Assembly: GCA_963662285.2 (NCBI GenBank)
Contig: CAXXMV010000001.1
Coordinates: 1,024,001 to 1,088,000, forward strand
Direction of reading: 5' to 3'
Source: a bacterium
GTDB taxonomy: Bacteria; Hinthialibacterota; Hinthialibacteria; Hinthialibacterales; Hinthialibacteraceae
DNA: 64,000 bases
Within the stretch, counting starts at the first letter, position 1. Each line of letters starts with the position of its first letter. The position numbers and the translations under genes are program-made. The notes below the pieces were generated by a model. The model worked only from the letters and a program-made list of their open reading frames with translations, made no database searches and was not told the DNA's origin. Below, piece after piece: positions 8,912 to 18,691 of the stretch.

Positions 8912-10384
8912 ATGAAATTCTGGGACCATGTCGCGCAAGAGCAGCATTACCTTACTTTTAATCAATCCAACCAGGGACCGGTCGGCTTAATATATCCAAA
9001 CGCCTACACCGTTGGCATGGCCAGTCTGGGCTTTCAACAAATATACCGTCTGTTTCGGGAATCGGGCATTGCTGTGGAGCGGGTCTTCTTCGATAAAAAG
9101 GGACGCGAAACGCGCAGCATCGAGAACCACACTCCCCTTTTTCGCTTTCCGGTTCTTGCAGCCTCCTACACCTATGAACTGGATATCGTAAATCTTTTGA
9201 AGATGCTGCTCTGCGGTGGAGTCGAGCCATTATCTGAATTGCGTCAGGATGGCGCCCCTGTTATTATTATTGGCGGTCAGGCGGCCACCGCCAATCCAGC
9301 GCTATTGCAGCCATTCGCGGATGCGGTGGTTCTGGGTGAGGGAGAAGAGACTATTGCCAAAATCTCAGCCGCCCTTATTGCAACCAGCGATAAATCCCGC
9401 GACGCCATCCTGCAAGCCATTGCTGAAATCCCGCATATATACGTTCCCCGGATTCATGGCGCATACTCACGCGACCAATTCACCCGCAATGTGATTGATC
9501 CCCTGGAGCAATACCCCTGTCATTCAGTTATCCGGGCGGACAACGATGAATTCGGTGGATCATTTCTGCTGGAGGTATCGCGAGGCTGCAATTATCAATG
9601 TAAATTCTGCATCGTTCATTATCAGAACGGCTCATCGCGATACCGAAGTTTTGATTCACTCATCGGCATACTCGATCAACATCAGAACCAATTTCAAAAA
9701 GTCGGCCTGCTCGGAGCGGCGGTGGCCGACCATCCCCGGATCGAAGATATAACCGAATGGCTGGTGCAACACGGTAAACAGGCGGGAACCTCATCCCTTC
9801 GGGCGGAAAGAGTGACAGAACGGTTCTTGGACCTGCTCAAACTCGGCGGACAGCAAACCTTGACCATCGCTCCAGAAACCGGATCGTTGGCCAACCGTAA
9901 GACATTGCTTAAAGGGGTGAAGGATGAAAAGTATTTCCAACTGGCTGAATGGATGGGACAACGCCGCTTTCCATATCTGAAACTCTATTTCCTGATCGGC
10001 ATCCCCGGAGCTGATCCAATACAGGAAGCCAATGACATAATCGGATTCAGCGAGACAATAGGCGACATCTTCTGCAAAGCGGGGGGAAGCAAAGTCACTG
10101 TAGCCGTATCTCCATTCGTGCCCAAACCGTCAACGCCCTGGGAAAACGAACCGCTATGGGAACCGAAAAAGATCAAGAAAGCCTCCCGGATTATCCGCAA
10201 GCAATTGGCTTTTCGCGGCAACATGAAGGTTCCGCCAGTCAATGTAAAAGAAGCGCGTATCGAAACAATCCTATCCCGTTTCGGCGCTGAATTGAGTGAC
10301 GAGTTACTGCAACTGGCGCATGGAGAATCTACTATAGAAAACGCCTTCAATAGCATCAATATCGGTGGAACTAGAGAAATATAA
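8912..10384 (+). CDS. Radical SAM protein (B12-binding-like N-terminus, TIGR03960-like)
   Basis: YPNAYTVGMASLG N-terminus, GEGEE, EVSRGCNYQCKFC (CxxxCxxC), TIAPETGS, LYFLIGIP, FVPKPSTP. Confidence 0.85.
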   Translation: MKFWDHVAQEQHYLTFNQSNQGPVGLIYPNAYTVGMASLGFQQIYRLFRESGIAVERVFFDKKGRETRSIENHTPLFRFPVLAASYTYELDIVNLLKMLLCGGVEPLSELRQDGAPVIIIGGQAATANPALLQPFADAVVLGEGEETIAKISAALIATSDKSRDAILQAIAEIPHIYVPRIHGAYSRDQFTRNVIDPLEQYPCHSVIRADNDEFGGSFLLEVSRGCNYQCKFCIVHYQNGSSRYRSFDSLIGILDQHQNQFQKVGLLGAAVADHPRIEDITEWLVQHGKQAGTSSLRAERVTERFLDLLKLGGQQTLTIAPETGSLANRKTLLKGVKDEKYFQLAEWMGQRRFPYLKLYFLIGIPGADPIQEANDIIGFSETIGDIFCKAGGSKVTVAVSPFVPKPSTPWENEPLWEPKKIKKASRIIRKQLAFRGNMKVPPVNVKEARIETILSRFGAELSDELLQLAHGESTIENAFNSINIGGTREI

Positions 10385-10403
10385 CCAGGTTGACCAATCT
10401 ACT

Positions 10404-11141
10404 CTAAGAGGCCATCACCCGGCCATCTTTCATGACGGGGACAATATCAGTAGTATCGATTCTGACGCATTCTGGCAGATCATCGCCCAACCCTATATCT
10501 TGCAAAAATCTGCCATGAAAACACTGCCGGATCATATCGGGCAGACAATCCTGGTATAAGTGGTATAGATCAACCGCTGATCGGGCGGCGTCTGAAATTT
10601 GATAATCATGTCCAGGCGGTTCCAGCAGCATCGATAGCACTCCACCGATGCAAACCATATCTTCCAGGCAGTAACGACCCTCACGACCGGATACCACGCC
10701 AATAACGCTCTCCACCGAGTCATCCAGGTTGCGCAATTTTTCGGCTACCGCAGAAATATTGGCGAACGAGACAATAATAGTTTCTTTGGCTGGTGAGGAC
10801 GCCACCAGGGCGCGGGTTCCATTGGTGGTAAGTTGGATAAGCGTTTTATCTTTGACCACTAATTCAGTGAATTCGAGCGGTGAATTACCATAATCGTATC
10901 CTTCACGCTTAAAGCCCTCCTTCTCTCCACAAAGCAAGACCGGCGCTCCCTGTTCCATCAAAACGGTATATAAGTTACGGGCGTTCTGATCGCTCTCCTG
11001 TGGTAAAATAACTTTCGCTCCATGCGATAACGCCGTAGTCATCACCGTCGTGGCCCGCAGAATGTCAGCCACAACCACGACAGAGTTACTCAAATCCCGT
11101 TCTTTAAGTTCGGTCCAGATTAACGCCGCATCTAATTGCAT
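10404..11141 (-). CDS. comB: 2-phosphosulfolactate phosphatase family protein (ComB)
   Basis: VVVADILRATT, GEKEG..GYDYGNSP, TTNGTRAL, LEDMVCIG; start moved to the ATG at 11141 (MQLDA), which has a GAGG SD and avoids overlapping the divergent gene. Confidence 0.85.
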   Translation of the reverse strand: MQLDAALIWTELKERDLSNSVVVVADILRATTVMTTALSHGAKVILPQESDQNARNLYTVLMEQGAPVLLCGEKEGFKREGYDYGNSPLEFTELVVKDKTLIQLTTNGTRALVASSPAKETIIVSFANISAVAEKLRNLDDSVESVIGVVSGREGRYCLEDMVCIGGVLSMLLEPPGHDYQISDAARSAVDLYHLYQDCLPDMIRQCFHGRFLQDIGLGDDLPECVRIDTTDIVPVMKDGRVMAS

Positions 11142-11319
11142 GTTACTATACCTCATCTTTTTTATGACTATTTGACTCAAACGGGCAAGAGAGCATCGCC
11201 ATAACAGCCTGATTCTCTTGCGGAACAACGCTATTTCAGTATAACCTATCATAAGTTTGATTAAAGCGGCTGCAATAGCTGACCACAATATTTCATCATG
11301 ATGAAATCGAGAGTCTTTC

Positions 11320-14300
11320 ATGATTCCTTTGCAACTTAAATTACGCAATTTCCTATCCTATGGCGAAGATGCGCCTACATTGGATTTCACCTCTTTCAAA
11401 CTGGCTTGCCTTACCGGTCGCAATGGGCACGGTAAATCGGCTTTGCTGGACGCTATTACATGGGCGGTCTGGGGAGAAGCGCGCAAAGCCAATTACAGCC
11501 GCAAGCCTCATAACGATCTTTTACGCCAAAACGCCGAAGAGATGTCAGTTGAATTTACTTTCATGCTCAACGACCGCGAATACCAGGTCTTCCGCGAATT
11601 CAACTGCAAGAAGCGTTCGCCCAAATTAGAGTTTCGCGCCAGAGAAAACCGCGATGATAATTTTATTGTGTTAACCAGTGGTAAGATCACTGAAACCCAA
11701 CAGCGCATCATTGATACGCTGGGGCTGGATTACAAAACTTTCATTAACTCATCTTTTCTTCAACAAGGCAAAGCTGACGAGTTCACCCGCCAGCAACCCA
11801 AAGACCGCAAGGAAATCCTTTGCAATATTCTGGGATTGGATAAATACGATAAACTGCTGGTTGAGGCGAAACGGCGCCTCAGCGACGCGAAAGCCATGCG
11901 TAAAACGCTGACCGAATCGCTGGATTCAATCCAGACCGAACTTGAGCAAGAGAAACTTATAGCCGCACAAGAGAAACAACTCGGCCAAGACCTGTCAAAA
12001 AAAGAAGCCGAACTGGATTCATTACGTGAGGATGCTAAAAAAATACAAGAGAACATCACCCGTCTGGAACGCATCCACCATCAAATCAAACAAGGCGAAC
12101 AAGAAGAGAAGCGCCTTAGATCTAGCATGCAGGAAAAAGAAGAACGAGGAAAGAAACTTAGTAAAGATAAATCCGAATTCTGTCAATTAATTGAACGTGA
12201 AGAAGAAATCACCAAACAGCATCAGCGCTACAATCAAATAGGCGACGAATTAACCCGGTTATTGGATGTAGACGACAAGAGAAAACGTTTAGACGCCCAA
12301 AAACAAGCCATAGAACGTACTATTGAAGAGCAAAAGTCAGCACTGAACGTCAGAATGGCTTCTCTTAATAGCGAACTTGATCAAATCAGGAAACGCCAAA
12401 AAGATAGCCAACCCATGATTGACGCCCAAACTGAAATAGAAAAAAACTACGCTCTGTTCCAGGCGACGGAAAAAGAGAACGCCCGGCTTGAATCCATTCG
12501 ACCTGCTTTTGATAAAAAACATCAGCAACTTAAAGACGCCGAAACGGCCATCGATAAACAACGCCAGCAAATTACCGTACAAATCGCCGAACTGCGCGGC
12601 GTCACCAAACCCATCGCCGCCTTGGCTAAAGAGATTCAAAACGATCATGAGAAACTCAAACAACAGCCAGCCGTTCAAGAAGCCGTCACTAAGATCAAAA
12701 AAGAGTTGGAGCAATTGGTTGAACAAGGCAACAATAACAACCAACAAAAGGAAAGAGCATCCAGCAATCTCGAACAGTGCAGGAATGCCATCCGCCAAAT
12801 CGAAGAAAAATTAGACCTCCTACAAAAAGGCCAATCACATAACTGCCCTGTGTGCGACAGCGATCTGGATCAACATAAACGCGATAATCTCATTGCCAAA
12901 TTTAATGCAGAACTTTCTGCACTACAAAACAAAATCCCAGAATTAGATAAAGAAATTTCTGATCGTGAAAAGAACAGAATAGATTTACTTAAGCGACATC
13001 AAGCCGCCGATAAAATCCGCGCCCAGCAGGAAAATGAACTGAGCAGATTAGCTGTTTTACAAAATGACGTCAAGAACCGTCAGGATGACCTCGACCAGAA
13101 ACTTGCGCAACAGGAAACTCTTATACAACTAGAAGAAAAACTGAAGCAAAATAATTTTGCAGACGACATTCGCAAACAAGCAGAACTGTTGCGTGAAGAG
13201 ATCAAGCAATCCGGTTATAACCCTGAGACTCATGCCCAAACCGCAAAGTCACTTAACCAGCAACGCTCTCACGAACACCGCTGGAACCAGCTGCAAGACA
13301 TATTAAAAAACCAAATCGAATGGATCAAACAACAAAAGATTCTCGACCAGGACATCGCTGCCATCCAAACCAAGATAAATTCCGGCGACTATGCCATTGA
13401 ACAAAAAAAACATCTGCAAACAATAATAGATGATATCGCGCCGTTGCAAAAAGAACTCGACCAACGCCCGGAGCTGCACCAGGAGCAAACCAAACTCAAC
13501 AACGCCCCGGCTGAATGGAGCCGTCTTTCTATGGCAAAAGAAAGACTCCCGGAAATCAATCAGGAATTGCTCCGCTTGAAGCAGGATGTCGAGGAACATC
13601 AAAGCAGGCTAAAAGCCATAGAAGAAGAACGTAAGCAGAGCATTCCCGCTCTTGAAGAGCTCGATCAATTCAAGCGAAAAATGGCTGACAACGAATCTCA
13701 GCAAAAAGAACTTGACCAACAGCGCGGCGCAATCCAAATGGAACTGGGCGGCGTCAGACAAAAACTAAAACATCTTGATAAACTCAAACAGGATATAGAA
13801 GATAAAAGCAAACAATTACTCAATACCCAACAGGATGAGCGCCATTATCAGGCTTTATCCGTGGCCTTCAGCCGCAACGGCATACCCGCAATGATCGTGG
13901 ATCAATCTCTGCCCGAACTGGAAAACGACGCCAACCAATTACTACAACGACTCACTAATGGCCGCTGTTCCCTGGCCCTGGAATCTCAACGCGAAACCAA
14001 AACTGGCGGAATCAGCGAAACGCTTGATATAAAAGTCAGCGATGAGATGGGAACCCGCGACTATGAAATGTTCAGCGGCGGCGAAGCCTTCCGCACCGAT
14101 CTGGCGCTGCGCATTGCTCTTTCAAAACTGCTCTGCCGCCGCGCCGGGAGCAAACTGCAACTTCTGGTTATCGACGAAGGCTTCGGCACGCAGGACAACG
14201 AAGGCCTCAGCGCCATCATCGATTCCATCAATGAAATCCAGGATGAATTTGAAAAAATCATAGTTGTCACTCACCTTGAGGAACTTAAGGAAATGTTTCA

Positions 14301-14367
14301 AGCCCGTATAGAAGTCGTTAAAGAATTGGGGATCGGGTCGCGTTTTGAAGTAATCCATTCGATGTAA
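11320..14367 (+). CDS. sbcC: SbcC/Rad50-type SMC ATPase
   Basis: MIPLQLKLRNFLSY start, Walker A GRNGHGKS, Q-loop LQQG, long coiled coil with central CPVC zinc hook, FSGGE signature, Walker B LLVIDEGFG, VVTH. Confidence 0.9.
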   Translation: MIPLQLKLRNFLSYGEDAPTLDFTSFKLACLTGRNGHGKSALLDAITWAVWGEARKANYSRKPHNDLLRQNAEEMSVEFTFMLNDREYQVFREFNCKKRSPKLEFRARENRDDNFIVLTSGKITETQQRIIDTLGLDYKTFINSSFLQQGKADEFTRQQPKDRKEILCNILGLDKYDKLLVEAKRRLSDAKAMRKTLTESLDSIQTELEQEKLIAAQEKQLGQDLSKKEAELDSLREDAKKIQENITRLERIHHQIKQGEQEEKRLRSSMQEKEERGKKLSKDKSEFCQLIEREEEITKQHQRYNQIGDELTRLLDVDDKRKRLDAQKQAIERTIEEQKSALNVRMASLNSELDQIRKRQKDSQPMIDAQTEIEKNYALFQATEKENARLESIRPAFDKKHQQLKDAETAIDKQRQQITVQIAELRGVTKPIAALAKEIQNDHEKLKQQPAVQEAVTKIKKELEQLVEQGNNNNQQKERASSNLEQCRNAIRQIEEKLDLLQKGQSHNCPVCDSDLDQHKRDNLIAKFNAELSALQNKIPELDKEISDREKNRIDLLKRHQAADKIRAQQENELSRLAVLQNDVKNRQDDLDQKLAQQETLIQLEEKLKQNNFADDIRKQAELLREEIKQSGYNPETHAQTAKSLNQQRSHEHRWNQLQDILKNQIEWIKQQKILDQDIAAIQTKINSGDYAIEQKKHLQTIIDDIAPLQKELDQRPELHQEQTKLNNAPAEWSRLSMAKERLPEINQELLRLKQDVEEHQSRLKAIEEERKQSIPALEELDQFKRKMADNESQQKELDQQRGAIQMELGGVRQKLKHLDKLKQDIEDKSKQLLNTQQDERHYQALSVAFSRNGIPAMIVDQSLPELENDANQLLQRLTNGRCSLALESQRETKTGGISETLDIKVSDEMGTRDYEMFSGGEAFRTDLALRIALSKLLCRRAGSKLQLLVIDEGFGTQDNEGLSAIIDSINEIQDEFEKIIVVTHLEELKEMFQARIEVVKELGIGSRFEVIHSM

Positions 14368-14413
14368 ATCTGCATCGATGTTTTATAAACGCTAAAATAC
14401 TGGGAGAATAAAA

Positions 14414-15697
14414 ATGACGAAAACATCACAATGGCTTAAATGTATTCTATTAACAGGCGTATTGATGTTAGGTATGGGGATTACCGATGGACATGCACTA
14501 GCAAAAATCAAAGTGTTAGTATTCACCGGAGGACATGATTTCCATCCCACATTCTTCAATATTTTCGAACACGCAGACATTGAATACAAGCACGTCGAAC
14601 ACCCCAAGGCTAATCAGGTTTTCACTGATGGCACAGCTATGAAATACGACGCTATCGTACTATACGATATGTGGCAAGATATTACCGAAGATCAAAAGCG
14701 GGGGCTTCTGAAATATCTTCAAGCTGGAAAGGGACTGGTCTCATTACATCACAGCATCGCCAATTACCAAGCCTGGGATGAATATCTCGATATCACAGGA
14801 ACTTCATACGTCACCGATGCCAAAGGACGCACTATCCGGGGAAAAGAATATCCCCAATCAACATACAAGCATGATGAATGGATGAACATACAAATCGCCG
14901 ATCAAGATCATCCCATAACCAAAGGTCTGGGGAATTTCAAAATCTTTGATGAAACCTATAAGGGTTATTATTGCAGCCCGGATGTCCATCTTCTGCTAAC
15001 CACCGATCATAAATTAAACGACAAGACAATCGCCTGGACTAAAAAATACGAAAACAACGAAATCGTATATATCCAATTGGGACACGGTAAAGAAGCTTTT
15101 GCTAATCCTAATTTCCGCCACCTGGTCGCCCAGGCTATTCGCTGGACGGCAAAACGCCCCACCGCTCAACCACTGATAACCTCCAACGGTCTGTCTGATT
15201 TTGAAACCGAAGGCAACGCTGTTTGGAAAGTGGAAGATGGAATTTTGTCAGGACGCCAGGGCGCCAATATGGCTCCAGGCGACCTGTTCACCAAGCAGAG
15301 TTATACTGATTTTACGCTTAATCTGGAATTCAAAGTACAGTGGCCCGCCAACAGCGGAGTCTGGTTCCGTTATCAGAATGCACAAACAGCTTATCAAGCC
15401 GACATCCTCGAATACAAGAATCCCCTATGCTGGTCGGGTTCATTGTATTGCCCCAAGAACGGACCGTTCATCGCTATGAATAAAGACGCCTCCCTTATCG
15501 ATAAAAAAGGCTGGAATGATTTCGTCATTACCTGCAAAGGCGAAAATCTGGTCATCACATTAAACGGAAAGAAAGTCGCTGATGTCAATGATACTACCAG
15601 CGACAAGGGCAAACTGGGATTACAGGTTCATGCTGGAGAAGAATTCAAGAATATGTTGATAGAAATCCGAAATGCATTTGTACTGCCATTGGAATAA
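14414..15697 (+). CDS. Secreted ThuA-like domain plus DUF1080 (3-keto-disaccharide hydrolase) fusion
   Basis: Signal peptide; ThuA features (TGGHDF, GKGLVSLHHS, HPITKGL, YIQLGH); DUF1080 features (WKVEDG, NSGVWFR, YQADI, WNDF, GLQVH). Confidence 0.85.
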   Translation: MTKTSQWLKCILLTGVLMLGMGITDGHALAKIKVLVFTGGHDFHPTFFNIFEHADIEYKHVEHPKANQVFTDGTAMKYDAIVLYDMWQDITEDQKRGLLKYLQAGKGLVSLHHSIANYQAWDEYLDITGTSYVTDAKGRTIRGKEYPQSTYKHDEWMNIQIADQDHPITKGLGNFKIFDETYKGYYCSPDVHLLLTTDHKLNDKTIAWTKKYENNEIVYIQLGHGKEAFANPNFRHLVAQAIRWTAKRPTAQPLITSNGLSDFETEGNAVWKVEDGILSGRQGANMAPGDLFTKQSYTDFTLNLEFKVQWPANSGVWFRYQNAQTAYQADILEYKNPLCWSGSLYCPKNGPFIAMNKDASLIDKKGWNDFVITCKGENLVITLNGKKVADVNDTTSDKGKLGLQVHAGEEFKNMLIEIRNAFVLPLE

Positions 15698-15725
15698 TGA
15701 ATGTAACTATGCTAATAATCCGTAT

Positions 15726-15763
15726 AAAGCGGCAAGGGTACCAAAAGCCCTTGCCGCTTTTTT
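15726..15763 (+). terminator. Intrinsic terminator
   Basis: aaagcggcaaggg/cccttgccgcttt stem followed by a T-run after the 14414-15697 gene. Confidence 0.85.
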
Positions 15764-15871
15764 ATTTCAAAAATCAATTTTATAGCTTTAAAAAACGCTT
15801 TGATAATAACCAAAAGTAATCAGAAATGTATATATTATCGTCAACTGCTCTAATCACCGATTATACAGGAG

Positions 15872-18619
15872 ATGTATATGAAGAATCAGTTCACTTTTGT
15901 ATTGGGAATGTGTTTAGCAGTAATTGTGTTGGTATTAGTTTTAACAGTATTCTGGGATTACATATTTCTCAATCCCCCTCCCACGCAAACATTAATAACT
16001 GAGACTAATTCCCCGCTTGACGATCAAATAGTATTATCGCCTTTGCCGACGCCAGCACAAGATATTTTAAACGTCGTTTTGCCTGACACAGAATCCATTA
16101 ACGAAGATCACACTACTAATCCAATTCGCCCAGTCGCCGCTCCATCTCAATTTGAGCATGTCCGAATACGTATAGTTGATGCCCTGGGCGACGCTGTACG
16201 TAGCGGCGCCATCGACCTAAATCAAAAAACTTTTAATTTTACTGACGGCGAACTGAATGTATTCGACATTCCTAATGGCGCCTATCAATTAGTTTGTAAT
16301 GCCGATAATTATGCTTCGGCAACAAACACTATTCAAATTTCAGCTGATAATCGAGAGGCTTTAATTACATTGGAATATCTGTGCGATTACCATATCAATG
16401 TCTTTTTTGGTAATGAGGATGAATTTCAACGGCCAGTATCAGGCGCAGAGGTTTACCTATACAAAGGCCCTGTAGTGCAACGGCCACTTTCTGTCAGCGC
16501 CAGAATACCTTATATGACCTGGCGGGGAACCCGCAATTATGCTCATATCAAACGCAATGATGATATAAAAGTAGTAGGCATAGATAGCGGTGTTGTCGGC
16601 GCACAAGATGCGAATTCAATGGGCGCATCTGATTTTTATATAAACGATAAAATCGCCGGAATATCTGGCTGCATGTGGCATTCAAACTCCCGAATCCACT
16701 TTCCTCATATTAGCGCAGATGCTTATCAACAAGACAATTCACGCAGGTTGCGAATATGGGATGCATTAACCTGCTATACCTCTCCAGATATAAACGCTCA
16801 TTTGTCATCTCCACGTGAACAATATGATTATGTTGATATCAAGCGGGGTCAGTCTGATTTTTTCTGTAAAGTAGGTATACCCGTTTCTAAGAAAATATTA
16901 TCCGCAACCGCCATCACTGATGCAAATGGAAAATGCCAATTTAGAAATCTTCCAGCTGGGACATATATTGCTCAGGCTCATAAAGGTCAATTCCGTTCTT
17001 CCTTCAAGGTTCTTCATCCAGCTGTTCAAAGCAGAAACCTATTTATCTCATCTGCTCGAAACGTCAATATCAACGTAAAACGAGCAGGAGTTGAAGATAA
17101 AGAACTTGCAAATCTTCCAAACGTGGAGGTACTTTTCACCCCTATAGACCAATCTAGTAATTCCGGTTTTTATTCTGGAGAAACCAATCAGTATGGCAAG
17201 ATTAATTTTCACTCCATCCCTTGGGGAACTTACAAATTGAGGATTGTTCCTTCCCCGGTATCGTCTGTTAAACAGAAAACATTAGAAGTTGTAATTGATG
17301 AGCCTGAAGAAAAATTTGTTGTGGAACTAGATTCAACATCTGGATTAACGATTTCGGGAACAGTGATTGATGAAAACACGGGAGCGCCTGTTGAAAATTT
17401 TGGATTAGAGTTAAACCAGCGTAATCCTGTTAGCGGGACGCATAGCCGTACAGTATCCGACCAATCCGGCCGCTTTTCATTTACTTTTTTAGAAAAAGGT
17501 AGATATTGTATATCTCCCATGATGGATAAACGTTATTTTAATGAATATTCGATGTCACCAAGAATGGAGAAATCAACTTATCCTATTCAAGAAACCGATC
17601 AAAGTGAAGAAAGCAATTCAAATAACAAAGATGAATTTGTATTTTCATTTAAGAGTATGAGAAATGATGGTCTTACTGTTTTATTAACTGAAGATATCAA
17701 TGATATGCAGTATTTTGTTGTTTCAGCAGTTAGAACACGATTCCGTGGACAAGTCATAGATACCGAAGGCAGACCTGCCGCAAATGTTCGCGTATCTACA
17801 TCCATTCATTTGCTTACTACTGACGCTATAACAGATGAAGATGGCCGTTTTGAGTTGGTAGCAGTAAGCCGTCCAAGCCAAAGCCGTCACAAGATATCAA
17901 TCACAGCCAAAGTATGCGAGCCTGTTTTCAATCCTCAAGCCGGAACAGTTCCCCGCGTAATAATGCGTGGTTCAACGGATTGTAGGTTTTCAATCGGCGA
18001 AACGATAAACAATATCCAAATAGTCATGGAAAAAATTAACCGCGAGGGGAAACTTAAGGGTCAAGTGATAACAAATGATGATAGGGAAAATTTTGATGGA
18101 TTTAGAATTGTATTGCATCAAAAGTTAGGGCAAATCATACAGGAAATCAAATCGGATGGGTCATTTTTTATCGAAAATATCGAGCCTGGACATGCTGGGT
18201 GTTGGATTATTCCACCGGGGAAGACTATACAACATGCAATATATGGTGAGAGATACATAGAAGAATATTGCCGTGAGTTTTTTGAAGTTACGATACCAGA
18301 AGAGCCGGAACCATTGTCAATAGAAGTCAAAATATATCAAGCAGGTAATATTGCAGGAGTAATTGGAGATGAGGAAGGTAATCCTCTCCCTTTTACGGCA
18401 ATACAATTGCCGCAAATCCCGCAATCCAGTATAAGAAACTCGTATACTGATGAAAATGGTCTGTTTTTTATGTGGGGTCTACGATCAGGCCAAAAATATG
18501 TTATGCAGATAATCCAAAACCACCTTGCAGAGCCTTCTTTGATACTTGAGGATGTAACGGCGCCCAACGAAAATATACAGATTCGTTTAGACTCTTCCCA
18601 GTCATCGAGCAATGATTAA
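15872..18619 (+). CDS. Membrane-anchored extracytoplasmic protein with repeated carboxypeptidase-regulatory/prealbumin-like beta-sandwich domains
   Basis: N-terminal TM helix; repeated G.V.D..G.P / TD..G.F.F..L..G.Y motifs. Confidence 0.7.
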   Translation: MYMKNQFTFVLGMCLAVIVLVLVLTVFWDYIFLNPPPTQTLITETNSPLDDQIVLSPLPTPAQDILNVVLPDTESINEDHTTNPIRPVAAPSQFEHVRIRIVDALGDAVRSGAIDLNQKTFNFTDGELNVFDIPNGAYQLVCNADNYASATNTIQISADNREALITLEYLCDYHINVFFGNEDEFQRPVSGAEVYLYKGPVVQRPLSVSARIPYMTWRGTRNYAHIKRNDDIKVVGIDSGVVGAQDANSMGASDFYINDKIAGISGCMWHSNSRIHFPHISADAYQQDNSRRLRIWDALTCYTSPDINAHLSSPREQYDYVDIKRGQSDFFCKVGIPVSKKILSATAITDANGKCQFRNLPAGTYIAQAHKGQFRSSFKVLHPAVQSRNLFISSARNVNINVKRAGVEDKELANLPNVEVLFTPIDQSSNSGFYSGETNQYGKINFHSIPWGTYKLRIVPSPVSSVKQKTLEVVIDEPEEKFVVELDSTSGLTISGTVIDENTGAPVENFGLELNQRNPVSGTHSRTVSDQSGRFSFTFLEKGRYCISPMMDKRYFNEYSMSPRMEKSTYPIQETDQSEESNSNNKDEFVFSFKSMRNDGLTVLLTEDINDMQYFVVSAVRTRFRGQVIDTEGRPAANVRVSTSIHLLTTDAITDEDGRFELVAVSRPSQSRHKISITAKVCEPVFNPQAGTVPRVIMRGSTDCRFSIGETINNIQIVMEKINREGKLKGQVITNDDRENFDGFRIVLHQKLGQIIQEIKSDGSFFIENIEPGHAGCWIIPPGKTIQHAIYGERYIEEYCREFFEVTIPEEPEPLSIEVKIYQAGNIAGVIGDEEGNPLPFTAIQLPQIPQSSIRNSYTDENGLFFMWGLRSGQKYVMQIIQNHLAEPSLILEDVTAPNENIQIRLDSSQSSSND

Positions 18620-18635
18620 AGTGTTTTACGAAAGT

Positions 18636-18665
18636 AAAAAAGGCGCGATTTCTCGCGCCTTTTTT
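18636..18665. terminator. Bidirectional intrinsic terminator
   Basis: aaaaaaggcgcga-tttc-tcgcgcctttttt between convergent genes. Confidence 0.9.
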
Positions 18666-18691
18666 ATTTGTTTAAATTGATAATAGATTGG

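Noticed and set aside
11142-11348. N-terminal extension of ComB in the ORF track, and likewise of UxuA (45253-45345)
   Set aside because: These overlap neighbouring genes and lie upstream of SD-supported starts where family similarity begins
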